Below, piece by piece: positions 39,357-49,370 of a stretch of 49,370 nucleotides of DNA. Source of the DNA: Chiloscyllium plagiosum (Eukaryota); the NCBI RefSeq assembly GCF_004010195.1, contig NC_057719.1:5651258-5700627 (forward strand), in the 5' to 3' direction. The number at the start of each line of letters is the position of its first letter. The first letter of the stretch is position 1. Position numbers and translations under genes: made by a program. Under the pieces are notes generated by a model. The model saw only the letters and a list, made by a program, of their open reading frames with translations. It made no database searches and was not told where the DNA came from.

Positions 39357-40443
39357 AACACAGATGGCCTCCTTCTTCAAGGACCGCAATTTCCCCCCCG
39401 GCGTGGTCAACGGTGCCCTCCACCGCATCTCCTCCACTTCCCGCTCCTCCGCCCTTGAGCCCCGCCCCTCCAACCGCCACCAGGACAGAACCCCACTGGT
39501 CCTCACCTACCACCCCACCAATCTCCATGTACAGCGCATCATCCGCCGTCACTTCCGCCACCTCCAAACAGACCCCAGCACCAAGGATATATTTCCCTCC
39601 CCTCCCCTATCAGCTTTCCGTAGAGACCACTCCCTCCGCGACTCCCTTGTCAGATCCACACCCCCCACCGACCCAACCACCACTCCCGGCACCTTCCCTT
39701 GCAACCGCAGGAGGTGCAACACTTGCGCCCACACCTCCCCCCTCACTTCTCTCCAAAGCCCCAAAGGAAACTTCCATATCCGCCACAGATTCACCTGCAC
39801 CTCCACCCACATCATCTACTGCATCCGCTGCAGCCGGTGTGGCCTCCTCTATATTGGGGAGACAGGCCGCCTACTTGCGGAGCGATTCAGAGAGCACCTC
39901 TGGGCCACCCGGACGAACCAACCCAACCAACCTGTGGCACAGCATTTCAACTCCCCCTCCCACTCCACCGAGGATATGCAGGTCATTGGACTCATCCACC
40001 GCCAAACCACAACAACCCGACGGTCGGAGGAGGAGCGTCTTATCTTCCGACTGGGAACCCTCCAACCACAGGGGATGAACATGGACTTCACCAGTTTCTT
40101 CATCCCCCCTCCCCCCACATTGTCTCAGCCGGATCCCTCCAGCCCGGCACCGCCTTCCTGACCTGCAGTCTTCTTCTTGACCTCTCCGCCTCCATCCTAC
40201 TCCGACCTATCACCCTCACCTTGACCTCTTTCCACCTATCACATTTCCAACGCCCCTCCTCCAAGTCCCTCCTCCCTACCTTTTATCTTCTCCTGCTGAA
40301 CACTCTCTGCTCATTCCTGAAGAAGGGCCTGTGCCCGAAACGTCGAATCTCCTGTTCCCTGGATGCTGCCTGACCTGCTGTGCTGTTCCAGCAATAAAGT
40401 TTCAACTTTGATCTCCAGCATCTGCAGACCTCACTTTCTCCTC
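39356..40443 (+). mobile_element. Penelope-like element B, young, 5'-truncated, nested in A
   Basis: Uninterrupted 265-aa frame at 39364-40161: RT thumb, CNRRRCNTCAH linker, IIYCIRCSRCGLLYIGET..RFREH..E..GMN (GIY-YIG). CpG-rich. Terminal repeat contains a hammerhead and AATAAA at 40393-40398. Confidence 0.95.
40313..40348 (+). ncRNA. Minimal type I hammerhead ribozyme (PLE type)
   Basis: ATTC-CTGAAGA-A-GGGC-ctgt-GCCC-GAAA-CGTC-GAAT. Helix I ATTC/GAAT, core CUGANGA and GAAA, 4-bp helix II, palindromic ACGU in place of helix III, GUC cleavage triplet ending at 40344. Confidence 0.8.
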
Positions 40444-42215
40444 GAGAACAAGAGGGACCCAATCCTTGTTCTGGGAGGGGAGGGAGGGGGTGAGGGTCGT
40501 GGCCCGGGAGATGGACCGCACGCTGTTGAGAGCCCTGTCAACAACTGTAGGTGGGAAGCCACGGTTGGAGAAGAAGGAGCATATATTAAGAGCACTACTT
40601 TGGAAAGTGGCCTCATCGGAACAAATGTGGCGGAGGCCGAAGGAGCTGAGAGAAAGGGATAGAGTCCTTACAGAACGTAGGGTGAGAAGAGCTGTAGTCC
40701 AGATAGCTGTGGGAGTCAGTGGGCTTGTAATGGATATTAGTGGATAGACTGTTGCCGGAAATGGAGACAGAAAGGTCAAAGAAAGGAAGGCAAGTGTCGG
40801 CGATGGACCAGGTGAAGGTGATGGAGGGATGGAAACTGGAAGCGAAGTTTATGAATTCTTCCAAGTCAGGACGAGAGCATGAAGCTGCACCGAAATAGTC
40901 ATCAATGTACCGATAAAGCAGTTGTGGGAAGGGACCCGGGTAGGCCTGGAACAAGAAATGTTCCACACACCCCATGAAAAGGCAGGCATAGCTAGGACCC
41001 ATGCGGGTACCCATTGCTACACCTTTGATTTGGAGAAAATGGGATGAGTTGAAGGAGAAGTTGAGAGAGAGAACAAGTTCAGCCAGGCGGAAGAGAGTGG
41101 TGGTGGATGGAGATTGTTCGGACCTCTTTTTGAGAAAGAAGCGAAGAGCTTTCAAGCCGTCTTGGTGTGGGATGGAGGTGTAAAGAGATTGCACATCCAT
41201 GGTGAACAGCATCTCATCTTCCGACTAGGCACGTTACAGCCTGCCGGTCTCAACATTGAATTCAACAACTTCAGATGATTTTCCCCATCTCAATCCCTCT
41301 GTTTTCATTCTGCTCTGTAATTTTATTTTATTTACCTTTTTTTAATTTTTTTTTCACTGTTCTGTACCTCATATTTCTTGATTGTCTCTCTTTCTCTTGC
41401 TCCCCACTCTCTTATCACCTTTTTCCTCTCCTCTTCCCCCTTTGCTACTCTTCTCCCCTGTTTTCCATTTTGCTTCTGCTTCACCCATCCTCCCCATTCC
41501 CCACATATTTTGTCACACAGCACTGGCTTCAGCCTTGGTCATTCACAGCTCCCAATCTCCCTATAATCTCTCTATGCACTGTCATTATCACCTCTTTATT
41601 GCTACCTTTGCTTCTGGAGCCATGACTCACCTTCTCTCAGCCTCGTATAAATACCTCCCTATTTCTCCCCTTTTTTTAGCTTTGACAAAGGGTCAGTTAG
41701 ACTCAAAATGTCAGCTCTTTTCTCTCCTTACAGAGGCTGCCAGACCGGCTGAGATTTTCCAGCATTTTCTCTTTTGGTTTCAGTTTCCAGCATCTGCAGT
41801 AATTTGCTTTTATCCAGAGGACACTGGCTTTTTTAGGGAAGGTCCACTAAACTGACTGTCAATTGTGAGTGTAGGGAGCCTTCTCCATGGACAGAAGTCC
41901 TGCCTGTTAAGATCTGCTAGTCAAACAGAGTCCGACACCTCCATTTGACAGCAGTGCCACTCAAGAGGCTGCTGCTGGTAGTACACACGAGCAATGCCTT
42001 GTACTTAGGAGTGACCCAAGCACGTGAGTGGTGTCAACAGTCAGAGTAGAGGTTTGGTTCTTAGGTTTGGTTCTTAGGTTCTCCTTTTCCTGATCCCTTG
42101 ATCAGGAGCAGACTCTCACAATGAGGGATCTCCTCCCCTCCCAGAGCCCCTCCAGCCACAGGGTTAATTTAATAACAGTGGTGGAGGGATGAGGGTAAAG
42201 ACCTCAATTCGTGGT

Positions 42216-42439
42216 AGATTAGATTACTTACAGATTACTTACAGTGTGGAAACAGGCCCTTCGGCCCAACAAGTCCACACCGACCCGCCGAAGCGCAACC
42301 CACCCATACCCCTACATTTACCCCTTACCTAGGGAGAATGTGCAAACTCCACACAGTCAGTCGCCTGAGGCGGGAATTGAACCCGGGTCTCCGGCGCTGT
42401 GAGGCAGCAGTGCTAACCACTGTGCCACCGTGCCGCCCA
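42216..42439 (-). mobile_element. HE1-type V-SINE, young, with ~100-bp internal deletion
   Basis: Nearly identical to 6969-7286 except that the segment equivalent to about 7080-7178 is missing. Confidence 0.9.
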
Positions 42440-42544
42440 CTTTTGGGAAGGTGTCCAGGGATCACTCTGCTGCAGGGCCTTTCTGCCACCAAATGCATCA
42501 TGGGATATAGCACAAAGATCTGTTCCATTACAACTACCAGATAC

Positions 42545-42730
42545 GCCATTGTCCTTTAGGGAAATAAATCTGATGTCTACTTAGTCTGACCTATTTGTGA
42601 ATCTACTCTCCCCGTCAAATAATGGATTAACTCATAACTGCCCCCTGAAATGCCATAGTAAGCCAGCCACGGACAAATCTAGATGTGTAATCTATGCTGG
42701 TTTTGCCAGTAACAGACATATCTTGCAATT
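42545..42730 (+). mobile_element. Second SINE family, decayed 3' part
   Basis: gtcctttagggaaataaatctg..taactgccccctgaaatg..aagcca. Confidence 0.55.
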
Positions 42731-43149
42731 GAAAAGGATTTTCAAAAGGTTACTATTTATCTTGGAGTAATTAGAAAGCAGTTTCAGTACATCATACCAA
42801 TATTCATGACGTGAAAGGTTTAGATTGTTAATTGGTCTATCAATTGATTAGTTGAGGTGTGACTGATGTCAATGGACATTCAGTTATTAGTGATTATAGT
42901 CTAACATTTCAATAGCTGTCTGACTGGTGGCAGCATTTTGCTTAATGTGGAACCCAGGTGGATTCTGTGCTGTGCCATTTGCTCCAATTCACTGCCATGG
43001 GGGACATCATGGTGCTTCGCTCCACTGGTTGGACTGCAGCAAACAAGTTTCTCTGAGGCAGTGGCCACTCTTCTTAGCTCTGTCTATGAGCAGAAGTGCA
43101 TCTTCCTCAATGGGGGGGTGAATTCAACTGCACCGCTAAGGTGAGAGAC

Positions 43150-43510
43150 CATGCAGCAAGAGCTAGACAACATTCAGGCTTGGGCTGTTAAGTAACAAGT
43201 AACATTCAAGTCACACAAGAGCCAGGCAATGACTATCCTCAGCAAATGAAATGATGTAACTATTACATCTTGACAATACCATCGCTGAATCCCCTATCTA
43301 CATCCTGGGAGTTCCATTGATTAGAAACTGAACTGGAACAGCCATATAAATACAGTCACTACAAGAGCAGGTCAAAGGCTGGGAGACCTATGGTGAGTAA
43401 CACCACTTGACTGTTCAAAACCAGGCCACCATTTACAAGGCACAAGTCTGGATTGTGATGGAATACTCCCCACCTGTCTGGATGAATGCAGCTCCAAAAC
43501 CACTCAAGAT
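43150..43510 (+). mobile_element. Non-LTR (CR1/L2-group) RT C-terminal fragment
   Basis: MQQELDNIQAWAVK*QVTF, ILGV, TIYKAQVWIVMEYSPPVW. Confidence 0.75.
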
Positions 43511-43764
43511 TTCACTCTGTAGATTTTTCTTTAGGTTTTCTTGGGTCGTCTTTTCTTCAACCTTTGGCTGCTTAACTTTTCTTATGACAGGTACCTTTCA
43601 GAGAGCTATTTGGCTAGCAGTCTATACTTGTTGGCTTTCTTGGCAGTTCTCCCCCTAACTGTTCAAAATGTCCCGTTTTATATCCCAAAACATCAGGTCA
43701 TTTCATTAGTTTGATGTCATCAAAACACTAAATTCAAATTTGATTGGAATTTGGTATCTTGGGG

Positions 43765-43939
43765 CATAATTTAAACTAATTGGCCAAATTCAAATTTGTT
43801 GTGTACCACGGCAACTCAGCTGCACTATTGGTTTCACAGTCAATTGTTAAATTCTTTCAGCACAGTCTGTGCCTCTCTAAGTCCGTGCCAGCTTCCTATC
43901 TCTCTTAAAGGTACAGTACCCACCTACTCCTTCATAACA
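43765..43939 (-). repeat. 3' LTR (part shared with 5' LTR), preceded by polypurine tract
   Basis: Direct repeat of 47251-47425. Minus strand reads AAGTGGGGAGG (PPT, 43950-43940) then TGTTATGAAGG. Confidence 0.88.
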
Positions 43940-44550
43940 CCTCCCCACTTAATAAAAAGATGAACCCCACACATATATAACATTGAATAGATACCAATCT
44001 TATCTATATTTATCAGTTAAATCCACAATAACACATCTGCGATTATATTCTTATGATCTGTAACATGTACGATTTGTAAATTAAAAGTCTGTAACATAAG
44101 ACTCCAATGAAATAGACTCATATTCTTGTCTTTAAAGCATTCCAAGAATGTAAGAGGATTGTGATCAGTGTACATAACTGTCTCCGACACATTATTCGTG
44201 ACGTACATATTAAATGCTGTAATGCTGCAGTACCAAACTCAATAGTTGTTTTTCTATCGTGACGTATTTCCTCTGGTGGTTGTTGAGTTTCTTTGCAAAG
44301 TTCTGGCAGTTCAATCCTCGCATCACCTTCCTGTAGCAGTACAGCTCCAACTCCTATGTCACTCGCTTCGATGGTAACTTTGAAAGGTTATGAAATGTTT
44401 GCTGTCGCTAAAACTGGTGCGATGGTTAATATTGCTTTTAAATGGCTGAATGCCTCCTGGCATTGTTCTTCTTCAACAAATCGGTTAATGGTGCCATTAC
44501 TCTGCTGAAGTTTGGAACAAACTTCTGATAGAATCTGCTTTGTCCCAAGA

Positions 44551-44860
44551 ATTAGATTAGATTAGATTCCCTACAGTTTGGAAACAGGCCCTTTGGCCCC
44601 ACAAGTCCACACTGACCCTCCTAAGAGTAACTCACCCTCCGACTAATGCACCTAACACTATGCACAATTTAGCATGGCCAATTCACCTGACCTGAACATC
44701 TTTGGACTGTGGGAGGAAAGCAGACTACCCGGAGGAAACCCAAGCATACACGGGGACAATGTGCAAACCCCACACAGACAGTCGCCCAAGGCTGGAATTG
44801 AACCTGGGTCCCTGGCGCTGTGAGGCAGCAGTGCTAACCACTGAGCCACTGTGCTGCCTC
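44551..44860 (-). mobile_element. HE1-type V-SINE inserted in the LTR element's pol region
   Basis: A/B boxes, V-core and (TAATC)n tail. Confidence 0.9.
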
Positions 44861-47250
44861 TTTTTTCGAGGTTGGTCATGGAAATTCCTCAATGGCCTTT
44901 GAATTTGCGTTCCGCAAGGTCAACCTTCCATGACTGATGTTATGTCCCAAGAACATCACCTCTGCTTTCACAAATTCAGTTTTGTTTCAGTTTATCACCA
45001 GTTTTGCTTCTTGTCGTCATCCAAGTAGCTCTGTCAACTGTACCATGTGATCTTTCCAGGACTTACTAAAAATCTGCACAGTTTGTTAACCCAGCCACAA
45101 CTCTGTTCATGAGTCTTTGGAATGTCTTTGGAAGGGCATTACTTTTAATTGATGTAGCCCATTTCGGATTACAAATGCAGAAATTTATTTTACCATATCT
45201 GATAATGGTACCTGCCAGTAACCACTCATTAAGTCCAACTTGGTGAAGTAACTGGCTTGTCCAATTTTCTTGATACAGTCCTCCGATCTTGGTATTGGAT
45301 ATGAGTCCAATTTTGTAATGGCATTGACCTTCCGATAATCTACAGAAAAATCACTGAGTCCCGTCCACTTTGAGAACTAAGACGATTGGCAAGCTCCACT
45401 TGCTCTGCCTGGTTCAGTGATATTCTCGTTGAGCATGGCCTCCACCTCAATCTGGACCTGTCTGAATTTGAAAGGATTAAGCCAATAGGGTTTTTTTAAA
45501 ATGGAACAGCATTCCCCATGTTTACTTCATGCACAATAACATTAATCCTCCCCATCTGATTTCCTACACATGAGATCATACTACAGTAACAAACGTTTCA
45601 AGTTTGTTCTTTGCTCCTGGGACAGATAGTTGACTAACCTATTCCATTCCTCAAGGACATCTTCATTTTTTAACATATTTTGAGGCACACCAAAATTCAC
45701 ATCATCTGGATTTGATTCCTCACTCTGCGAGGTAGTAAGTAATACCTGTTTCTCCAGTTGTTCCTCTCTTCTAGTTCTCTGGAGGGAACCTACACACTCA
45801 TTTATAAGCTGTGTAAAAGGTTCTTCGAATGCGGGAATTGGCAACAATGGTGATGGTTTTATTACCCCCTGTGGCTTACCTACCATTTGGCACGTATGTT
45901 ACATACAGCAAAAGTTAACCACATCCTTGTGCACTCCAGGCCAATAAAAATGTTTTTGTACCATAGCCTGAGTTCTTCATACCCCTAGGTGACCTCCGAC
46001 AGGTAGTCCTTGTGCTACCCGTAACACTTGCTGTCTGAATGCTACCGGCAACACAATCTGGTGCACTTTAGCCCATTTCTCATCTGCACTAAGCTGCTGT
46101 GGTCTCCATTTCCATCTTAGGATCCTATCTTTCAGAATATAACCCTCAGGAATATTCTCTGCCTCCTTTTCGGAGTACACATCCACATATATATATCATG
46201 TATTTCTGTTGCAAGTCCTTTAGCCTTTCAGGACTAAATACTTCTTTCTGTCTGACCCCCTGCCTGTTCAGGTTTTTTTCTGCACTATAACGTCAAACAG
46301 GGTGTCTGCTAACTGAACCTCAACTCCCTCATCTTTCTGTTTAGTGTTTGCATTGTGCTGTGACTTATGATTGTGCGATCTTGTTACTACACAGTCTGGG
46401 AAAATACCAGGATATTTTTCTTTTAGCTCCTCAGTTTCTTGGTCTTCCTTGAGCTTCTGCACAACAAGGGGTGTCACTCCCACCTTGGGCCCTGCTAAAT
46501 CATTCATTCCCAAGAACAAATTGAATTCGTGGAACTGACGCTGTGTCAATCATTCCCACTGTTACTTTCCCAGTCTTGAGTTGGCACTCCAACCTGATCT
46601 TATTTAGGAAATGCTAAATTTCTGTCCATCTATCCCACAAATTGCCACACTCTTGGGTAACAGATCATAAAGAGTGCATATTCACTCATCTGTTGCTATT
46701 AGAAATGGGTTAGATCCTGTATCTCAAAATGATAACTTTCTCTCCTTGTTCTTTCTGAGTAAACTTTTCCCACAAAGGCAAATTCTTTATAGAGGTCAGG
46801 CACTAACTTCATACCCAGCCCCTGCCCAGGCTGTGCACTCTCCTGCAGCTCCTTGGCTCTTGGGGTCTCCTTTACTATTTCACTAATGCCACTGGCTTAG
46901 TTTCTTTTACCACATCTTTTCCCACCATGCCTTTCTTTAGTGACCAGCACTCTGACTTGATGTGTCCCACTTTACCACAGTGGAAACACCCGAGGCTTTT
47001 CACCTCCTTTCCATCCTCTTGGACTTCTTTTTTAACCTGTGGTAAACACTTACCAGTACTCTCTACTCTTTGTTTCATAGTGTAGGATCTCCCTTTCTCC
47101 CAACTTTCCCTCACAGACAAAATTCTGGACAGGAAGCTTGTCTTATGCACCAATATGTATTCATCTGCTAATTCTGCTGTCCTTCTCACTTTCTGAACCT
47201 TCTGTTGGGGGTCAGAAGGTTCAGAAAGTGAGAAGTGAAAATGGTCCGAA

Positions 47251-47425
47251 CATAATTTAAACTGATTGGCCAAATTTGAATTTGTTGTGTACCATGGCAA
47301 CTCAGCTGCACTATTGGTTTCACAGTCAAATGTTACATTTTAATTCTTTCAGCACACTGTGCCTCTAAGTCCGTGCCAGCTTCCAGTCTCTCTTAAAGAG
47401 AGTACACACCTACACCTTCATAACA
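47251..47425 (-). repeat. 5' LTR, truncated to about 175 bp
   Basis: Begins TGTTATGAAGG on the minus strand at 47425 and is colinear with 43765-43939. Confidence 0.88.
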
Positions 47426-47564
47426 CTAAGTTTGAGAGTCTTAGTTGGATTCACGCACTTGGAAGAGACGGTTGGAGGTTCAGTTCAGATGCAAGCTTTG
47501 AGCAAGTAACCTACGATACTCACCGGTGTGGTACTCCTAATAAGATGTTCAATCAGGATCCCAT

Positions 47565-47950
47565 TTATATCATGCTTATTTCCGATATGTAAATGACACA
47601 TTTGCGATATTTAAATCTGATATTCTTCACACCTTAAACTCCATTCTGTGCTCAATTTACTATTGAAATAGAGCAGTCAAATTAGCTCCCTTTTTTCAAT
47701 GTATTAGTTGAGAATTCTGAGAGTGGTTGAGAATTCTTAACCACTCTCTACCAAAAGCCTTCTTTGACTGATCAGTTTGTATGTTGGAATTCCGATAGTC
47801 ATGGTAAATCTTATTGGCAACCTCATAAATAGGGCCCTAGCTGTCTCCCTCTCTATGGGAACTTGAGCTGAGATAGAGCATTTCCAAACTACCCTGTGTG
47901 ATAGTGAATGCCCTGACCAAATCATCACTCAGCATGTATCTGGAAAACTC
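47565..47950 (+). mobile_element. Degenerate Penelope-like RT fragment of a different PLE family
   Basis: YFRYVNDTFAIF, FTIEIEQSN*LPFFNVLV, TTLYQKP, NLIGNLINRALAV. Confidence 0.7.
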
Positions 47951-47954
47951 AAGA

Positions 47955-49370
47955 AAGGGCCTACACTCGTGCATCCTCCCCAGGTCAGCCGGGTCGGTGA
48001 AAGTGAGAAGCACGTCGTCGGTGTAGGCCGAGAGGACCACCCCTGTGCCCGCGCCGCGCAGAACCAGCCCGAACAACCTCCTCCACAAGAGGCGCAGGAA
48101 AGGCTCCATGCACAGGGAATACAGCTGGCCGGTCAGGGGGCAGCCTTGATGCACTCCTCTCCCGAAGCGAAGGGGCGCCGTCAGGGGCCCGTTAACTTTA
48201 ACCAAACACTCTGCGGCGGCGTACAAAAGTCGGATCCGGGCAACGAGCGTAGACGTTCACCAAGTGAAGCACCGCGCCCCCGGCTTAGCCTCCGGTGCCG
48301 GGGCCTGTGGTATTGACTTCGGGGGAGGGGGAATGTGTGCGGCAGCACCACCATCGGCGCGGGCTGGACGGCCTTCTGGGTGGGGCAGTTTTTCCTTATG
48401 TGCCCCACCTCGCGGCACAGGTCGCACCGCACGCCGTCCGCCGTCCAGAAGACGCGGTAGGCCACGCCCTCGTGGAGGACGGTAAAATTGCCCTCGGTGA
48501 CCTCCTCCCGGGCCAGGCAAATAAACACCTGGCGCCGGAAGGAGTAGATGTGTCTTAGGGCAGGGTCCTTCAGACCGAGCAGGAACGGCTGGACACCCGA
48601 CCGGATCTCCCCCAGGGTGGTGAGGTGGGGGAGAAGGAGCTCGCTGGCAATGAAGGGCGGGACATTAGAGATCACGACCCTCTGGGCCGTAACCTCCAAA
48701 GGGTCGATGGGCAAATGTGTCCCGCCCACGGTGAGCCCCCTCTCCACGGCCAGGTGGACCGCCTGCTCGGTCTTCAGGAAAAATACGGCCTTCCCGTACA
48801 TCCGGGCCACAGCGACGATGGCCAGTGGGCCGACCACACTAGCCATGGCCTTGCTGCAGGCCTCGATGGTCATGTTGGGGTGGGGATAGGCCTTGACCCC
48901 TAGGCGTTTGGTCAGGTGCCTGAAGGGGCTTGCAGTCGAGACCGGGGTTGTGACAGCCGAGCCTAAGGCAGCGGCTACCCCGGCGTAGGTGCGGCTGGGC
49001 CCGGCGACCTTCGGGCTCGCCATATTCTGCTGCTGGATATTATTGTGCCCCAGGCAGCGGTGGAGGTGGGCCCCTGGTAGCAGCAGTGGTGGAGGTTGTG
49101 GGGAGGGGCCCAAGGCGAGTCACCCAAGGCAAGTCCCAGGCAGCGACAGTGGAGACCTGCCTCAGGCAACAGCAGTGGTGGAAGCAGGCCTCGGGCGAGT
49201 CCAAGGTAAGCCCTCGGTCGCAGTGGTGGGGGCAGACCTGTTGGGGAGAGTCCCCGAGGCAAGTCCCAGGCAGCCCCAAAGTCGAGTCCCAGGCAGTAGT
49301 GGTGGAGATGGGCCCAAGGCGAGTCCCACGCAGCAGCGGTGGAGGCAGGCCTCAGGCGAGTCTACGGTAG
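47955..49370 (-). mobile_element. Tx1-like (L1 clade) non-LTR retrotransposon, internally deleted
   Basis: ORF1 probably from ATG at 49023 (MASPK..ARMYGKAVFFLKTE..RVVISNVPPFI..CDLCREVGHIRKNC zinc knuckle) joined near 48250-48300 to the RT core (RGVHQGCPLTGQLY..EPFL..SAYTDD). GC/CpG-rich. Confidence 0.88.
49050..49370. repeat. Degenerate GC-rich tandem array upstream of Tx1-like ORF1
   Basis: Recurring ggcagcagtggtggagg and ggccc/tc-aaggcgagtcc blocks at variable ~25-60 bp spacing. Runs off the window edge. Confidence 0.75.

Larger units (their letters stand above)
38185..41813 (-). mobile_element. Penelope-like element A (minus strand, 5'-truncated in RT) with an inverted copy of its own 3' end; split by element B
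   Basis: RT at 40613-41212 (FTMDVQSLYTSIP, QIKGVAMGTRMGPSYA, YRYIDD, LPFFD, HYKPTD). GIY-YIG at 38584-38946 (LVYCIRCSQCGLLYIVET..RFAEH..GLN). 38185-38658 is the reverse complement of 41204-41746. Confidence 0.93.
43510..47425 (-). mobile_element. Decayed Gypsy-superfamily LTR retrotransposon with Gmr1-like order gag-PR-IN-RT-RH
   Basis: Minus strand: gag CCHC CFHCGKVGHIKSEC (about 46950-46990); frameshifted ILRDTG-like protease remnant (about 46720); integrase Zn domain GHLG..FYWPGVHKDV..C..CQ (46000-45890); RT DYRKVNAITKLDSYPIP..KLDLMSGYWQVP (45340-45205); RNase H EASDIGVGAVL and YTDHNPL (44380-44150). LTR direct repeats and PPT present. Left boundary approximate. Confidence 0.85.

Noticed and set aside
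39364..40161. Stand-alone or domesticated GIY-YIG nuclease gene
   Set aside because: It is the 3' part of a truncated young PLE. The Met is internal, and an open frame is expected from recency.
41860..42180. Possible additional repeat, including a 13-bp tandem duplication near 42050-42080
   Set aside because: I could not assign a family or boundaries from sequence alone.

Overview
Vertebrate genomic DNA, almost certainly from a shark (elasmobranch). This is inferred from HE1-type V-SINEs, the CR1 and Penelope repeat content and the intron structure. The + strand carries the last eight coding exons of RPS6KA5 (MSK1) at 4795-24733. They have GT-AG borders and consistent phases, and give 426 aa plus stop, from the hydrophobic motif through the C-terminal kinase domain to the NLS/docking tail. 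An AT-rich region follows that may be a very long (~13 kb) 3' UTR. The rest is transposon-derived: CR1/L2 LINE pieces, at least three tRNA-derived SINE families, many Penelope-like element (PLE) pieces, a decayed LTR retrotransposon with Gmr1-type domain order (integrase before RT), and a Tx1-like L1-clade element at the right edge. The most notable signals are (i) minimal hammerhead-ribozyme motifs in the PLE terminal repeats, one apparently intact at 40313-40348, (ii) short fold-back mini-elements made of two head-to-head hammerhead-bearing arms, one with an 11-bp target-site duplication, and (iii) a PLE-in-PLE insertion whose junction records repeated template jumps (3x52 bp). I see no evidence for a wholly new protein-coding system. 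Most ORFs in the supplied track are repeat fragments or noise. Repeat boundaries were read by eye and are approximate unless stated.
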